Source of the DNA: Planctomycetota bacterium
Lineage (GTDB): Bacteria > Planctomycetota > Phycisphaerae > WQYP01
Assembly: GCA_021819825.1 (NCBI GenBank)
Contig: JAKAEZ010000006.1
Coordinates: 33,404-97,403 of the forward strand
DNA: 64,000 bases
Direction of reading: 5' to 3'
This document shows, in pieces, positions 10,274-20,500 of the stretch. Both the position numbers and the translations under genes were made by a program. Position 1 is the first letter of the stretch, and each line of letters opens with the position of its first letter. A model generated the notes under the pieces. It was not told the DNA's origin. It saw only the letters and a program-made list of their open reading frames with translations, and did not search any database.

Positions 10274-10779
10274 CAGCATGATGGGACGACGCACACGACG
10301 CCACGAACGCTGGAGTATTTTTTCACCGCTGAGGTAGGCGGGGTGATGAAGGACACGGAGGCGAACTGAGGCGGAGCGAGCTTACGCGACTTTAGGTGAC
10401 GGGGAACAGGAAAAGCATTTAGCAGTCCTTTCCACTGATCAAAGATCACGGGTCACTGATCGAATTGGCGTAGGCGGTGGGCGGTTCAGTTTCAGCGGCA
10501 AATGGCGTATCGATCGGTTAATTTGCGACTCGTGGATTTGCGGGTTTGCGGGTTGGGGCTTGGCGGGAACGGGGGAGTATGCAAACGAGTTTCACTTGGG
10601 TCAACACGTTTGGCAATCGGCGGTTGGTGGTATAATCTGCTTTCATGGTCAGGCTTGTTGTGCGCTTGGCAGGCCGAAAGGCCGTGAGCGGGTACGCGTT
10701 TTCCAACATGAGCCGGTCAACCATGGAGTGCTCTGTGAGGCCATCACACGTTACGCCAAATATTTTGGAGGTACGAACC

Positions 10780-11685
10780 ATGTTGCGGCCGAAACTGATA
10801 ATCTCTGGTTGCATTTTCGTGGCCCTGCTGCTTGCAGGCGGCGTTGCGATGGCATCAGCTCCACGCCATGGCAACCATAACAAGTTGACGGCACAAGACA
10901 TAATTATCAAAACGACACATGCCTACGCCGCACTTTCAAGCTACAGTGACAAGGGGACGGCCGTCGCAAAGATGCGAGGTATGAACGGTGGTGCGTCGTT
11001 CACGATGCGCACGACTTTCAGTATCCATTTACAACGCCCCCAGCTTTATCGCATACATTGGTCGCAACGGCTATTCGATGGCATGACCGGGGGCGGGGCC
11101 GTGTGGTCGGATGGAAAGGGAAGTTTTGTCGTGATGAATGTGGATGGCCATGAGGTGAAGAAAAAGTACTCTGATGGCCAGTTGGCGCTGGCTGCCGGTG
11201 CCGGTGTTTCCAACGGCGCTTCGTCAACCATTCCCGAAATTTTCTTCGGGCACAAAAAACTGGGCGATGTCCTCGATTCGACCAACGCCACGCTGCGCCA
11301 ACAAAAAGATCAAGCCCTGCACGGCGTTGATTGCTATGTCGTTTCATGGCACACACACCCTGCCGCCGGTCACGGAAAGCAGCCGGAATTGGCGTCCTCG
11401 GGAACCACTGTGACACTTTGGATTGACAAAAAGAATTTTCTCATTCGCCAGGTCAGAATGGTAATCCAAGCAGGGCATGGCGTACCGCACGTGAGTGATG
11501 CGGAGATCAAGAAGGACTTAGCTCAACTGCACGAGCCGGCCACGCCTGCTGCGGTTGCTACCCTCCGAAGGGAATTAAAAAAAGCATCAAAAATGCGGTT
11601 GAAAGGATCGATTACGTTTACTGAGACGCACGGCAAGATTGTGTTGGACAAAAACCTTCCGTCGGCGGATTTCAGCAATCATTAA
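10780..11685 (+). CDS. Secreted hypothetical protein, LolA-like/DUF2092-like beta fold
   Basis: GGAGG RBS then ATG. Signal peptide (MLRPKLIISGCIFVALLLAGGVAMA). LQRPQLYRIHW, WSDGK, DCYVV and TLWIDKKNFLIRQ are typical of LolA-like folds. Confidence 0.6.
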   Translation: MLRPKLIISGCIFVALLLAGGVAMASAPRHGNHNKLTAQDIIIKTTHAYAALSSYSDKGTAVAKMRGMNGGASFTMRTTFSIHLQRPQLYRIHWSQRLFDGMTGGGAVWSDGKGSFVVMNVDGHEVKKKYSDGQLALAAGAGVSNGASSTIPEIFFGHKKLGDVLDSTNATLRQQKDQALHGVDCYVVSWHTHPAAGHGKQPELASSGTTVTLWIDKKNFLIRQVRMVIQAGHGVPHVSDAEIKKDLAQLHEPATPAAVATLRRELKKASKMRLKGSITFTETHGKIVLDKNLPSADFSNH

Positions 11686-11902
11686 CGCCGTAGTTCAGCG
11701 ACCGCGACGCGCGATCCGTCTTGGGGAAGGGGGGCGTGACGGTTGCAGCATCGCAAAAGCGGCGGCTGCGGTCGCAGAGCAGTTGATCAGGAGAGAGTTG
11801 AGCAGTAGAGCATATTAACGCCGTGCTTCAACGAATAACGAGGGAGAGGGCCTGTGACCGATTCTGCAACGCGGCGGCGCTTCGATCATTGGGGGGTTAT
11901 GT
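11681..11902 (+). repeat. Two tandem degenerate attC-like elements
   Basis: ATTAACGCCGTAGTTCAGCGA (11681) and ATTAACGCCGTGCTTCAACGA (11814) are 18/21 identical. The first overlaps the stop codon and has inverted arms GCGACCGC (11698) / GCGGTCGC (11768). The second ends in GTTATGT (11896-11902). Confidence 0.35.
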
Positions 11903-12078
11903 TTCAGGATTTCACGGATCACGAATCAATATGGCGACGGGCGACAAACAATCCAGAATCCGAAATCGGAAAGGCCTTTACGCTATTTATCAGAATTGTT
12001 CAGTAGTTTCAGTCATGATCAGTAGGGGCTGCCGCGGCTGAGGTTTCAGGTTATAGGCGAGTTTTCGGGCTGCCGGTG

Positions 12079-12300
12079 CAAGTTGCTCAAGAAGCTCAAG
12101 ATGTTTTGGGCCTCCAGGGGGCATTCAGAAGTTAGGAGTTAGGAGAATAGGAGTTAGAAGACTTTGCGAATTTCAAGGTGCCCAAGATGCCCAAGTTCGG
12201 GGGCAAGTTGCCCAAGTTGGGCAAGTTGATGGAAGCGTTGATTTTAGCGGGTTTGCTTCAAGTTGCTCAAGAAGCTCAAGATGTTTTTGGCCCCCAGGGG
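12079..12300 (+). repeat. 42-bp direct repeat (12079-12120, 12259-12300) with 9-bp CAAGNTGCY subrepeats
   Basis: 40/42 identical and exactly 180 bp apart. A third cluster of CAAG(G/A/T)TGCC units lies at 12174-12228. Confidence 0.85.
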
Positions 12301-12870
12301 GGGCAGTATTTGGCATTGAGGAGTTAGGAGGCGTTTTACAGTATTGGTCGGTATTGGTCAGTATTGATCAGTAATTTGAGAATTGAGCGGAATGGGCGCG
12401 GGCTGTTGGCTACAACGAACAACGAAACGCTGCGCTTAACGAGCAGCGAGCAACGAAACACACGGGCACTCAACGAGAGACGAGCAACGGGTTTCCGTTC
12501 AGGATTCTTTTCCGCGATCACTGTGGCGGCATGTTATTTACTTGTCAAACCCCGGCGGACCGGAATGCGGCACTTATGCCGTGGAGAGGCTATAGGGGGT
12601 GAGACAGGCGCATAATGAAATAATGAATAATCAATGAGTAATGGCCAAGACGAGGGGGGCTATCCATCCCGGCGCGCACGGGATAAACTCCGGCGGAGGG
12701 GTAGCCGCTGCGGCGGCTGGAAGAGGAGAACAGTAGATAGTTGAGCTGTAGAGCACATAAGGCTGGCCTGGAGAGTTGCCGGTGCTTGCGACCAGCAGCG
12801 GTTGGGCAGGGGGCTGGCGGCGGGTCTGGTGTGGTTTGTCGGCATGGGTGATTGGGGTTAAACTTTTGCC

Positions 12871-15800
12871 ATGTCGTTGGATATCACATTTATCACGAAT
12901 GAAAGCGGCAAAACGCTACGCGATCGACTCGCGGCGTTGCTCGGTACCGACACGCGACAGTTTGACTGCCTGGTAGGCTATTTTTTCATCAGCGGATTTT
13001 ATAAGATTTATCCGAGTCTGGAAAAAGTAGAAAGGGTTCGCATCCTTGTCGGTCTGAACACCGACCACACCGTTTGGAAGCTTTCGCAAAATGCCAAAGC
13101 GCCCTCGGATGAGCCTCCCGCCTTCCATTTCCACTCCCACTCGGAGGTGCAGAAGGAAATTCCCCGCACCATGCTGCGAGAATTGGAACATGCCGCGTAC
13201 ACCGCCGAGGTCGAAACTGGCGTGGATAAGTTCGTACAATGGATCAAATCGGGAAAATTGGAAATCAGGGCGCATCCATCCCGGGATCTGCACGCGAAGG
13301 TCTACATCGTGACCTTTCGCGATGGGGATAGGGATATTGGCCGCGTGATTACCGGCTCAAGCAACCTGACCCAATCCGGCCTGCAGGACAATCTTGAATT
13401 CAACGTCGAGCTGAAAAACCGCTCCGATTACGATTTCGCCATCGACAAATTCAATGCACTCTGGACCGGTGCTGTGGAATTATCTGAACCCTGTAAACAG
13501 GCCATTTTGTCGCAGTCCCCGTACGCCCAGTTCACCCCTTATGAGCTTTATCTGAAGTTCCTTTACGAGTATTTCCGCAGTGAGCTGAACCGTCCGACGG
13601 AGCTTGACGACCTCTACGTCCCGGATGGGTTCAAAAAGCTCAAATATCAGGAAGAGGCCGTCCTGACGGCGAAAAGAATTCTTGAAGAATACGGCGGTGT
13701 GTTTCTTTCCGATGTCGTCGGGTTGGGAAAAACTTACATGGCCGCCATGCTTGCCCAGCAGCTTAAAGGCCCATCACTCGTGCTCGCTCCGCCTCATCTT
13801 ATTGATGCCAAGAATCCCGGTTCATGGCGCAATGTGTTCCGCCAGTTCAACGTTCCGCAACACACAGATTTCGAATCCATCGGAACGCTGGATTCCCTGC
13901 TCCAGCGTGATATGTCCAAATACAGGAACGTGTTTATTGATGAATCACATCGCTTCCGCAATGAGGATAATCAAACCTACGCCAATCTCGCGCAAATCTG
14001 CCGGGGAAAGCGCGTTATTTTGGTATCCGCCACCCCGCTTAACAACACTCCGGGTGACATTCTCAGCCAGATCAAGCTGTTTCAGAACGGCACCAACAGT
14101 ACCATCCCCAATGTCCGGAATCTCGTGGAATTCTTTGGCAAATTGCAACGGAACCTCCGCGGTCTTGACCGCCGCACCCACCGAGAGCAGTATCTCCGCA
14201 CCGTTCAGGCCAACGCCAAAACCACGCGGGAAAGCGTTCTTAAATATCTCATGATCCGCCGCACCCGTGGCGAGGTGGCAAGGTATTATGCCACCGACCT
14301 TGCGTTGCAGGGCGTGACATTTCCCGATGTTGTGGACCCCAAAGCTCTTTTTTACAAGTTCAATAAGGAAGAAAGCCGAATCCTGGATTCCACTATGCAG
14401 ATGCTGGGGCACGATTTCAAATATGCACGCTACAAGCAGCTCGCCTACTACCTGGGCGAGCGCGAAGGGGGGCAATCTCAGGCCCAGCAGAACCTTGCGA
14501 AGTTCATGAAAATACTCATGGTCAAGCGCCTGGAAAGCAGTTTCCATGCTTTTCGTCTCACGCTGGACCGTTTCATTCGCACCTACCAGCGTGTTATTGC
14601 GGAATTCCGCAAGGGGAATGTTTACATCAGCAAGAAATATACCAGCAAAATTTTTGACCTGCTGGATGATGACGAACAGGAATCCATACAACAATTACTT
14701 GATGAAGACAAGGCGGAAATGCTCGACGCGAAGGAGTTCCGTCCTGAATTTATCGTCGATCTGGAAAGCGATCTGGCCATCCTGAATTCCATCCGCAGTC
14801 TCTGGAACAACATCAAACGCGATCCCAAGTGGGAGGCCTTCCGCCAACTCCTGCTTGATGATAAGCAGCTTAAGCAATCCAAGGTGATCATATTCACTGA
14901 ATCAAGGGAAACCGCAGAGTATCTGGGCCGGCAGATCGCGGCCGGGGTGGAGAAAAGGGTCCTGGTTTCCAGCAGTGATTCCGATGAGGCCGTGTATCGG
15001 CAAGTCACGGACAATTTTGATGCCCGGGCACTGCACCGTAAGGATGACTTCCGTATTCTTGTGGCCACAGAGGTGCTTTCGGAGGGTGTTAACCTGCACC
15101 GTTCCAATGTCGTCATTAACTATGATATTCCGTGGAACCCCACGCGCCTGATTCAGCGTGTGGGCCGCGTGAATCGGGTGGGCACAACTTTCGACACCAT
15201 CCACACTTATAACTTTTTCCCGACGGATGAAGGCAATGATCTTATCAAACTCAAAGAGGCCGCCGAGGCCAAAATCAACGCCTTCATTGAAATGCTTGGT
15301 AATGATGCCCGCCTGCTGACGGATGGCGAAGAAATTAAATCACACGATCTCTTTGATCGGTTAAATTCGAAAGCCACGATCACCGGTGAGGATGAGCAGG
15401 AAGAAACCGAACTCAAATACCTTGCCGAGATACGGGAAATCCGGGATAAGAACCCCGATTTGTTCATCCGCATCAAGGCGTTGCCTAAAAAGGCCCGCTC
15501 CACCCGGGCGGTGCCGGCACCAATTGGCATCGCGCCAAAATTTGCGTTCCCCTCGTTGGTCACGTACTTTCGGCAGGGGCAATTGGACAAGTTCTTCATC
15601 GCCACGCCGTTGGGCATTTCTCAGGAGTTGGATTTCATGCGGACTGCGGCGCTTCTCAAGCCCGTTGACGCCAATGAGCCGCTGCTGAAAATTGCCGAGA
15701 ACTTTTATGACCTGTTGGATAAAAACCGGGCCGAGTTCTTGGCCGCCACCAGCGCCGAGGCCTCCGGGGCCACCGCGAGACCCGGCGGCGGCGTCAACGC

Positions 15801-16101
15801 CGCCTACATTCTCAAGCGGTTGGCCGCCCGGGAAGTCCGAGATTACCATGGTTACACTGAAGAGGATGAACTCCTTATGCAACAGGTGATCCAGTGCCTC
15901 GCGGACGGGGCGATTCCCAGGGCCATCGCGAAGAAAGTTGCGGGCGCAATGAAGAAACAGGCCGATCCCCTGAAGGTACTGGCTATCCTGCGGCGCGATA
16001 TTCCCCAAGCGCTGCTTTCGCCCATGCAGGCGGCGCAATCCCACGGAACGAACAGTCCGCGTGAAGTGATTCTCTCCTCCATGCTGTTGGAGGCACGATG
16101 A
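12871..16101 (+). CDS. PLD (HKD)-nuclease-domain SNF2/SF2 helicase, restriction-type
   Basis: PLD motif HAKVYI...GSSNLT...NLEFN. Helicase motifs DVVGLGKT, DESH, SATP, SEGVNL, YDIPWNP and QRVGRVNR. Confidence 0.9.
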   Translation: MSLDITFITNESGKTLRDRLAALLGTDTRQFDCLVGYFFISGFYKIYPSLEKVERVRILVGLNTDHTVWKLSQNAKAPSDEPPAFHFHSHSEVQKEIPRTMLRELEHAAYTAEVETGVDKFVQWIKSGKLEIRAHPSRDLHAKVYIVTFRDGDRDIGRVITGSSNLTQSGLQDNLEFNVELKNRSDYDFAIDKFNALWTGAVELSEPCKQAILSQSPYAQFTPYELYLKFLYEYFRSELNRPTELDDLYVPDGFKKLKYQEEAVLTAKRILEEYGGVFLSDVVGLGKTYMAAMLAQQLKGPSLVLAPPHLIDAKNPGSWRNVFRQFNVPQHTDFESIGTLDSLLQRDMSKYRNVFIDESHRFRNEDNQTYANLAQICRGKRVILVSATPLNNTPGDILSQIKLFQNGTNSTIPNVRNLVEFFGKLQRNLRGLDRRTHREQYLRTVQANAKTTRESVLKYLMIRRTRGEVARYYATDLALQGVTFPDVVDPKALFYKFNKEESRILDSTMQMLGHDFKYARYKQLAYYLGEREGGQSQAQQNLAKFMKILMVKRLESSFHAFRLTLDRFIRTYQRVIAEFRKGNVYISKKYTSKIFDLLDDDEQESIQQLLDEDKAEMLDAKEFRPEFIVDLESDLAILNSIRSLWNNIKRDPKWEAFRQLLLDDKQLKQSKVIIFTESRETAEYLGRQIAAGVEKRVLVSSSDSDEAVYRQVTDNFDARALHRKDDFRILVATEVLSEGVNLHRSNVVINYDIPWNPTRLIQRVGRVNRVGTTFDTIHTYNFFPTDEGNDLIKLKEAAEAKINAFIEMLGNDARLLTDGEEIKSHDLFDRLNSKATITGEDEQEETELKYLAEIREIRDKNPDLFIRIKALPKKARSTRAVPAPIGIAPKFAFPSLVTYFRQGQLDKFFIATPLGISQELDFMRTAALLKPVDANEPLLKIAENFYDLLDKNRAEFLAATSAEASGATARPGGGVNAAYILKRLAAREVRDYHGYTEEDELLMQQVIQCLADGAIPRAIAKKVAGAMKKQADPLKVLAILRRDIPQALLSPMQAAQSHGTNSPREVILSSMLLEAR

Positions 16102-16286
16102 ATCGGCATCAGGCCCGCAAACTCGGTACGGTCTTCACCTGGGAATTGGAGGCAAGGCGACTTCTTGGATTTTTCGGCAAGCAGTTGAGCATGATGGGAC
16201 AACCCAAGGAGTTCGTTCGCAACAGCCGATACGTCGAAGACATGTTGGCGCTGCCTGTAAAGGGCGTGGAAGGAGAGGCATCTTGA
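16098..16286 (+). pseudogene. Short ORF, probable truncated remnant of a methyltransferase 5' end
   Basis: ATGA-coupled to the helicase. It starts MNRHQARKL versus MNRDQARQL of the 17547 methyltransferase, then diverges. Confidence 0.5.
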
Positions 16287-17446
16287 TCAAGAAGCGCGGC
16301 CATTTAGCCAAATTACAACCCAGAATCGCCGACTATGATTCGATACTGACCGACGTTACCGGTCTCCTGGAATCCGCCCGGCGCGGTGCCGCACGGGCGG
16401 TTAATGCGACGATGACCACCGTTTATTGGCGCGTCGGAGAGCGAATCGTGGAATGGGAGCAAGGCGGGCGCAACCGTGCTGATTATGGTGTTGCACTTCT
16501 CAAGCGGCTGGCTGGCGACTTGAGAACCCGCTTTGGAACCGGATTTTCGGAGCGCAATCTCGAACAGATGCGACTGTTTTACCGCCAGTGGCCAATTTCG
16601 CAGACACCGTCTGCGAAATTGGCCACAATGTCCGCCCCGCCCCCCTCTGCGCCCATTACTCAAATTGTGCAATCACCGTCTGCACAATTCGCCTCGCCAC
16701 GGTTCCCGCTGGCCTGGTCTCATTATGTTCGGCTTCTTGCGGTGAAAAATGTCTTGGCAAGACAATTCTACGAAACCGAGGCCCTCCGTGGCGGATGGTC
16801 GATCCGGCAACTTGATCGGCAGATAGATTCCCTTTATTACGAACGCACGGTCTTGTCAAAAAATAAGGCCGCCATGCTTACCAAAGGCCAAAAGCCAGCC
16901 TCCGGCGACTCTGTTACGCCCGAAGAAGAAATCAAAGACCCCTTTATTCTCGAATTCCTTGACCTCAAAGATGAATATTCCGAAACCCAATTGGAGGAGG
17001 CACTGATCCGCCATTTGGAATCGTTCCTTCTGGAACTTGGCGATGACTTCGCCTTCCTTGGCCGGCAACGGCGATTACGGATTGGTGACCAATGGTTTCG
17101 TGTGGACCTGTTATTCTTCCACCGCAGGCTAAAATGTCTGATCGTAATCGATCTCAAGACGGGAAAATTTACCCACGCCGACGCCGGCCAAATGCACCTA
17201 TATCTCAATTACGCCGCAGACCATTGGACCAAGCCCGGTGAGAATCCGCCTGTAGGACTGATACTCTGCGCACAAAAAGATGCGGCCGTTGTCCACTATG
17301 CACTGGAGAATCTGCCCAACAAAGTTCTCGCGGCTGAATACAAGATGAAATTACCTGATGAAGCCACCCTCGCTGGTGAAATAGATCGCACGCGCCGGGC
17401 GCTGGAAGTCAGATCGGTGGGCGGACGCGGGGGCAGGAAGAAATGA
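16283..17446 (+). CDS. YhcG/DUF1016-family PD-(D/E)XK nuclease
   Basis: Motifs YWRVGERIVE, GFSERNLEQMRLFY, LAWSHY, IKDPFILEFL, LLELGDDFAF, DLLFFHRRL, IDLK, GQMHLYLNY and PVGLILC. Confidence 0.92.
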   Translation: MIKKRGHLAKLQPRIADYDSILTDVTGLLESARRGAARAVNATMTTVYWRVGERIVEWEQGGRNRADYGVALLKRLAGDLRTRFGTGFSERNLEQMRLFYRQWPISQTPSAKLATMSAPPPSAPITQIVQSPSAQFASPRFPLAWSHYVRLLAVKNVLARQFYETEALRGGWSIRQLDRQIDSLYYERTVLSKNKAAMLTKGQKPASGDSVTPEEEIKDPFILEFLDLKDEYSETQLEEALIRHLESFLLELGDDFAFLGRQRRLRIGDQWFRVDLLFFHRRLKCLIVIDLKTGKFTHADAGQMHLYLNYAADHWTKPGENPPVGLILCAQKDAAVVHYALENLPNKVLAAEYKMKLPDEATLAGEIDRTRRALEVRSVGGRGGRKK

Positions 17447-17546
17447 GTATACCACGAAATATTAGGCGCTACGTTGCGATCATCGCTGCGGCTCATACCG
17501 CAGGCCCGCGTGGGGCTATTCTTTCCCCCATGTTGTTGGAGGCACC

Positions 17547-20500
17547 ATGAATCGCGACCAGGCTAGGCAGCTTGTTAAGAACACATTCAAGCAGAAATTC
17601 GATAAGGGCCGATTCACCACTTTTATCGGAAACCTGCTCAACCATATCGATGTTTCCAACGCCACCTCCTGTAATTTCCGTCGTATAAAGGATGCGTATA
17701 AGCCGCATGTTGACCTCTCCCAGCGAATTGGTACTTACACCTCCCCAGATAATCAGCTTTTGGATGTTTTGGTAGTCCGGCTCACAAGCCAAGCAAAACT
17801 AATCCGCACTCGTGCTGCAATTCGGAATTTCGTGGCTGATTACCTCGCGGGGGAAGGTAAACATGCCGCCCTTGTCGCCTTTGTTTCCCCGTCTGAAAAC
17901 GCCTGGCGATTTTCCTATGTGAAAATGGAATATGCCACAGTTGAAAAGTCATCCGGCGATGTCGGCGTGGAGGCCCGCCTGACCCCCGCCCGGCGGTTTT
18001 CTTATCTGGTCGGCCCCGGTGAAAGCTGTCATACGGCCCAAACCCGGTTTCTTGATCTGCTGCAAAATACGCAGACCAATCCGCAGTTGGAGGACATTGA
18101 AGAAGCCTTCAGCGTGGAGGCCGTTACCAAGGAATTCTTTGCGGGGTACAAGGATCTCGCCCTTGAGGTTAAGGAGGAACTGGACAGGCTGGCCGCGGGC
18201 GATAACGCCATCAGGGACGAATTTGCCGCCTGTCAGATCAGCACCATCGGCTTTGCCAAAAAACTCATGGGCCAAATTGTATTTCTTTACTTTCTCCAGA
18301 AAAAGGGCTGGCTCGGCGTGGCCAAAGACGCCCCTTGGGGTACCGGCCCGCATAATTTCTTGCGCAAACTGGCCGATGGCGATTTTGGCCAACGCGCCAA
18401 CTTTTTCGATGATATGCTGGAGCCGCTATTTTATGGCACTCTGGCCAAGGATCGCGGCCATGAGGCCTTTTGCGAACGCTTTGATTGCCGCATCCCATTT
18501 CTCAATGGCGGCCTTTTTGAACCGCTCAATAATTACAATTGGCGCAAAACCGAAATCCTGCTGCCCAACCGTCTGTTCACCAATGACGTTGCGGTGGAGG
18601 AAGGAATTACCGGCACCGGCATTTTAGATGTTTTTGACCGTTACAACTTCACCGTCAATGAAGCCGAGCCGCTGGAAAAGGAAGTGGCCATTGATCCGGA
18701 AATGCTGGGCAAAGTGTTTGAGAACCTGCTGGAAGTCAAAGAGCGTAAATCCAAGGGATCGTTTTATACCCCGCGTGAAATTGTCCATTACATGTGCCAG
18801 GAAAGCCTGATTAACTATCTCGACACGGCGGTCAATGGTGAATGTGACACAGGCATTCCTGCCTGTACCCCATCAAAAACACCCAGCCAGGCACAAGAAA
18901 CACAGACAGGAATGTCTGTGCTACCGCAACCACAAACACAGACAGGAATGTCTGTGCCACGTTGTGACATTGAAACGTTCATCCACGAAGGGGACCGCAT
19001 TGCGGATTACGACGCCGTTAAGGCCAACCATGGCATTGAGTTGCCCGCCGCCATAAAAACCCACGCCCGGCTGTTGGATGACAAACTTGCCGCGATCACC
19101 GTGTGCGATCCGGCAATCGGATCAGGCGCGTTTCCGGTGGGCATGATGCAGGAAATCGTCCGCGCCCGCTCCGCACTGACACCCTATTGCAACGATGTGC
19201 ATGATCGCACCGCCTACCACTTCAAACGCCACGCGATACAAAACTGTCTGTACGGTGTGGATATTGATCCCGGTGCCGTGGAGATCGCCAAATTGCGACT
19301 CTGGCTTTCACTGGTGGTGGATGAAGAGGATGTGCGGCAGATCAAGCCGCTGCCGAACTTGGATTACAGGGTCGTGGTTGGGAACTCCTTGCTGGGCTTT
19401 CTATTCAGGTCCGTGCGCGTACAGAAAATCGAGGAACTCAAGGCCCGATTTTTTGGGGAGACTGACTACGACGCGAAAATGCGACTAAAGACGGAAATTG
19501 ATGGCCAGCTTTCACAGGCCTTCGCCAACTCGAAACGGAGCCTGGGCTACGAGGTAAACTTCGATTTTCAAACGGTATTCTCTGAGGTCTTCCGCGGGGG
19601 CGGTTTCGATGTCGTCATTGGCAACCCGCCCTATGTTAGCCATGAACACATCCGGGAAATGAAGACCGCGCTGCGGGAGGCCTCCGAGGTCTATAGCCCA
19701 TTTGCTGACATTTATTGTTATTTCATCGAGAAGGCCGTCAGAGTCTTGGCCAAAAAAGGAGTCCTAGCATTTATAACGTCCAACTCCTATATTAAGGCGG
19801 ACTACGGAGCAAAACTTCGCGAATATCTTGGCAAACATACAAATATCCTGCAATTGCTTAGCGTTGAGCGCTCGCAGATTTTCGATACGGCAATCGTCAA
19901 CGTTGCGATCCTACTCGCGACAAAGGCGCAGCCGGTCGAAGGTGCAACCGCTTACGTAATTAACTCAGCGTGGAACTCAGCGTCTTTTCGGAGATTCGTT
20001 CGGGCCGCCGGCTTCGAGGTACCAAGGTCCGTATTCAATTCATGTACCTGGGCGCTCGCGCACGCCAATGTGCAAGAACTCCGCGCGAGGGTCGAGGCGA
20101 ACGGAAAGGCTCTTATTTCGCTGGGGGCTAAGATTCGCTTGGGAATAGCCACCGGGCGTAACGACGCCTTCCTCCTTACCGCCGCAGCGAGGGACGCACT
20201 TTTGGACATGGACGGGAGAAATGGTGATGTCATTGTCCCGGTCGTTCGTGGTCGCGACATCGAACGATACGGGAAAATTGAGCCGGGGACGTACTTAATT
20301 GCTGCGCGGAATGGAGTCAATATCAAAAGGGACTATCCGACGTTATATCGCCATTTCGAATCCTTCGGCGCTAGCTTTCGGTCGCGCGGAGCGCAGGGGC
20401 AGGAGTGGTGGAACCTGCGGGCCTGCAGCTTCTACGACGATTTCGATTGCGAGAGAATTGTCTGGATCGAACTGAGCAATGAGGCTCGGTTTACCAGGTG

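Larger units (their letters stand above)
16057..17563 (+). repeat. Diverged 58-bp direct repeat (16057-16114, 17506-17563) duplicating the helicase-stop/methylase-start junction
   Basis: 47/58 identity by manual alignment, with core TGTTGGAGGCACxATGAATCG. Confidence 0.8.

Noticed and set aside
10400-10540. Decayed integron integrase N-terminus on the minus strand (RHLPLK/TE..AYANSI resembles RHYSxxTExAYxxWI)
   Set aside because: It needs frameshifts, the match is very short, and no catalytic tyrosine-recombinase motifs follow. It cannot be distinguished from chance without a tBLASTn/HMM search.
12079-12300. CRISPR array
   Set aside because: Only two long copies with a 138-bp, internally repetitive spacer, and no cas genes.
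12364-12615. 83-aa ORF in the repeat-rich spacer
   Set aside because: It is built from heptamer repeats, has a non-ATG start and resembles no family.
18844-18960. Mini-CRISPR or intein in the methylase
   Set aside because: The copies are in mixed orientation with 13-35 bp spacing. The insert is only ~40 aa and lacks the intein C-terminal HN-C/S/T motif.
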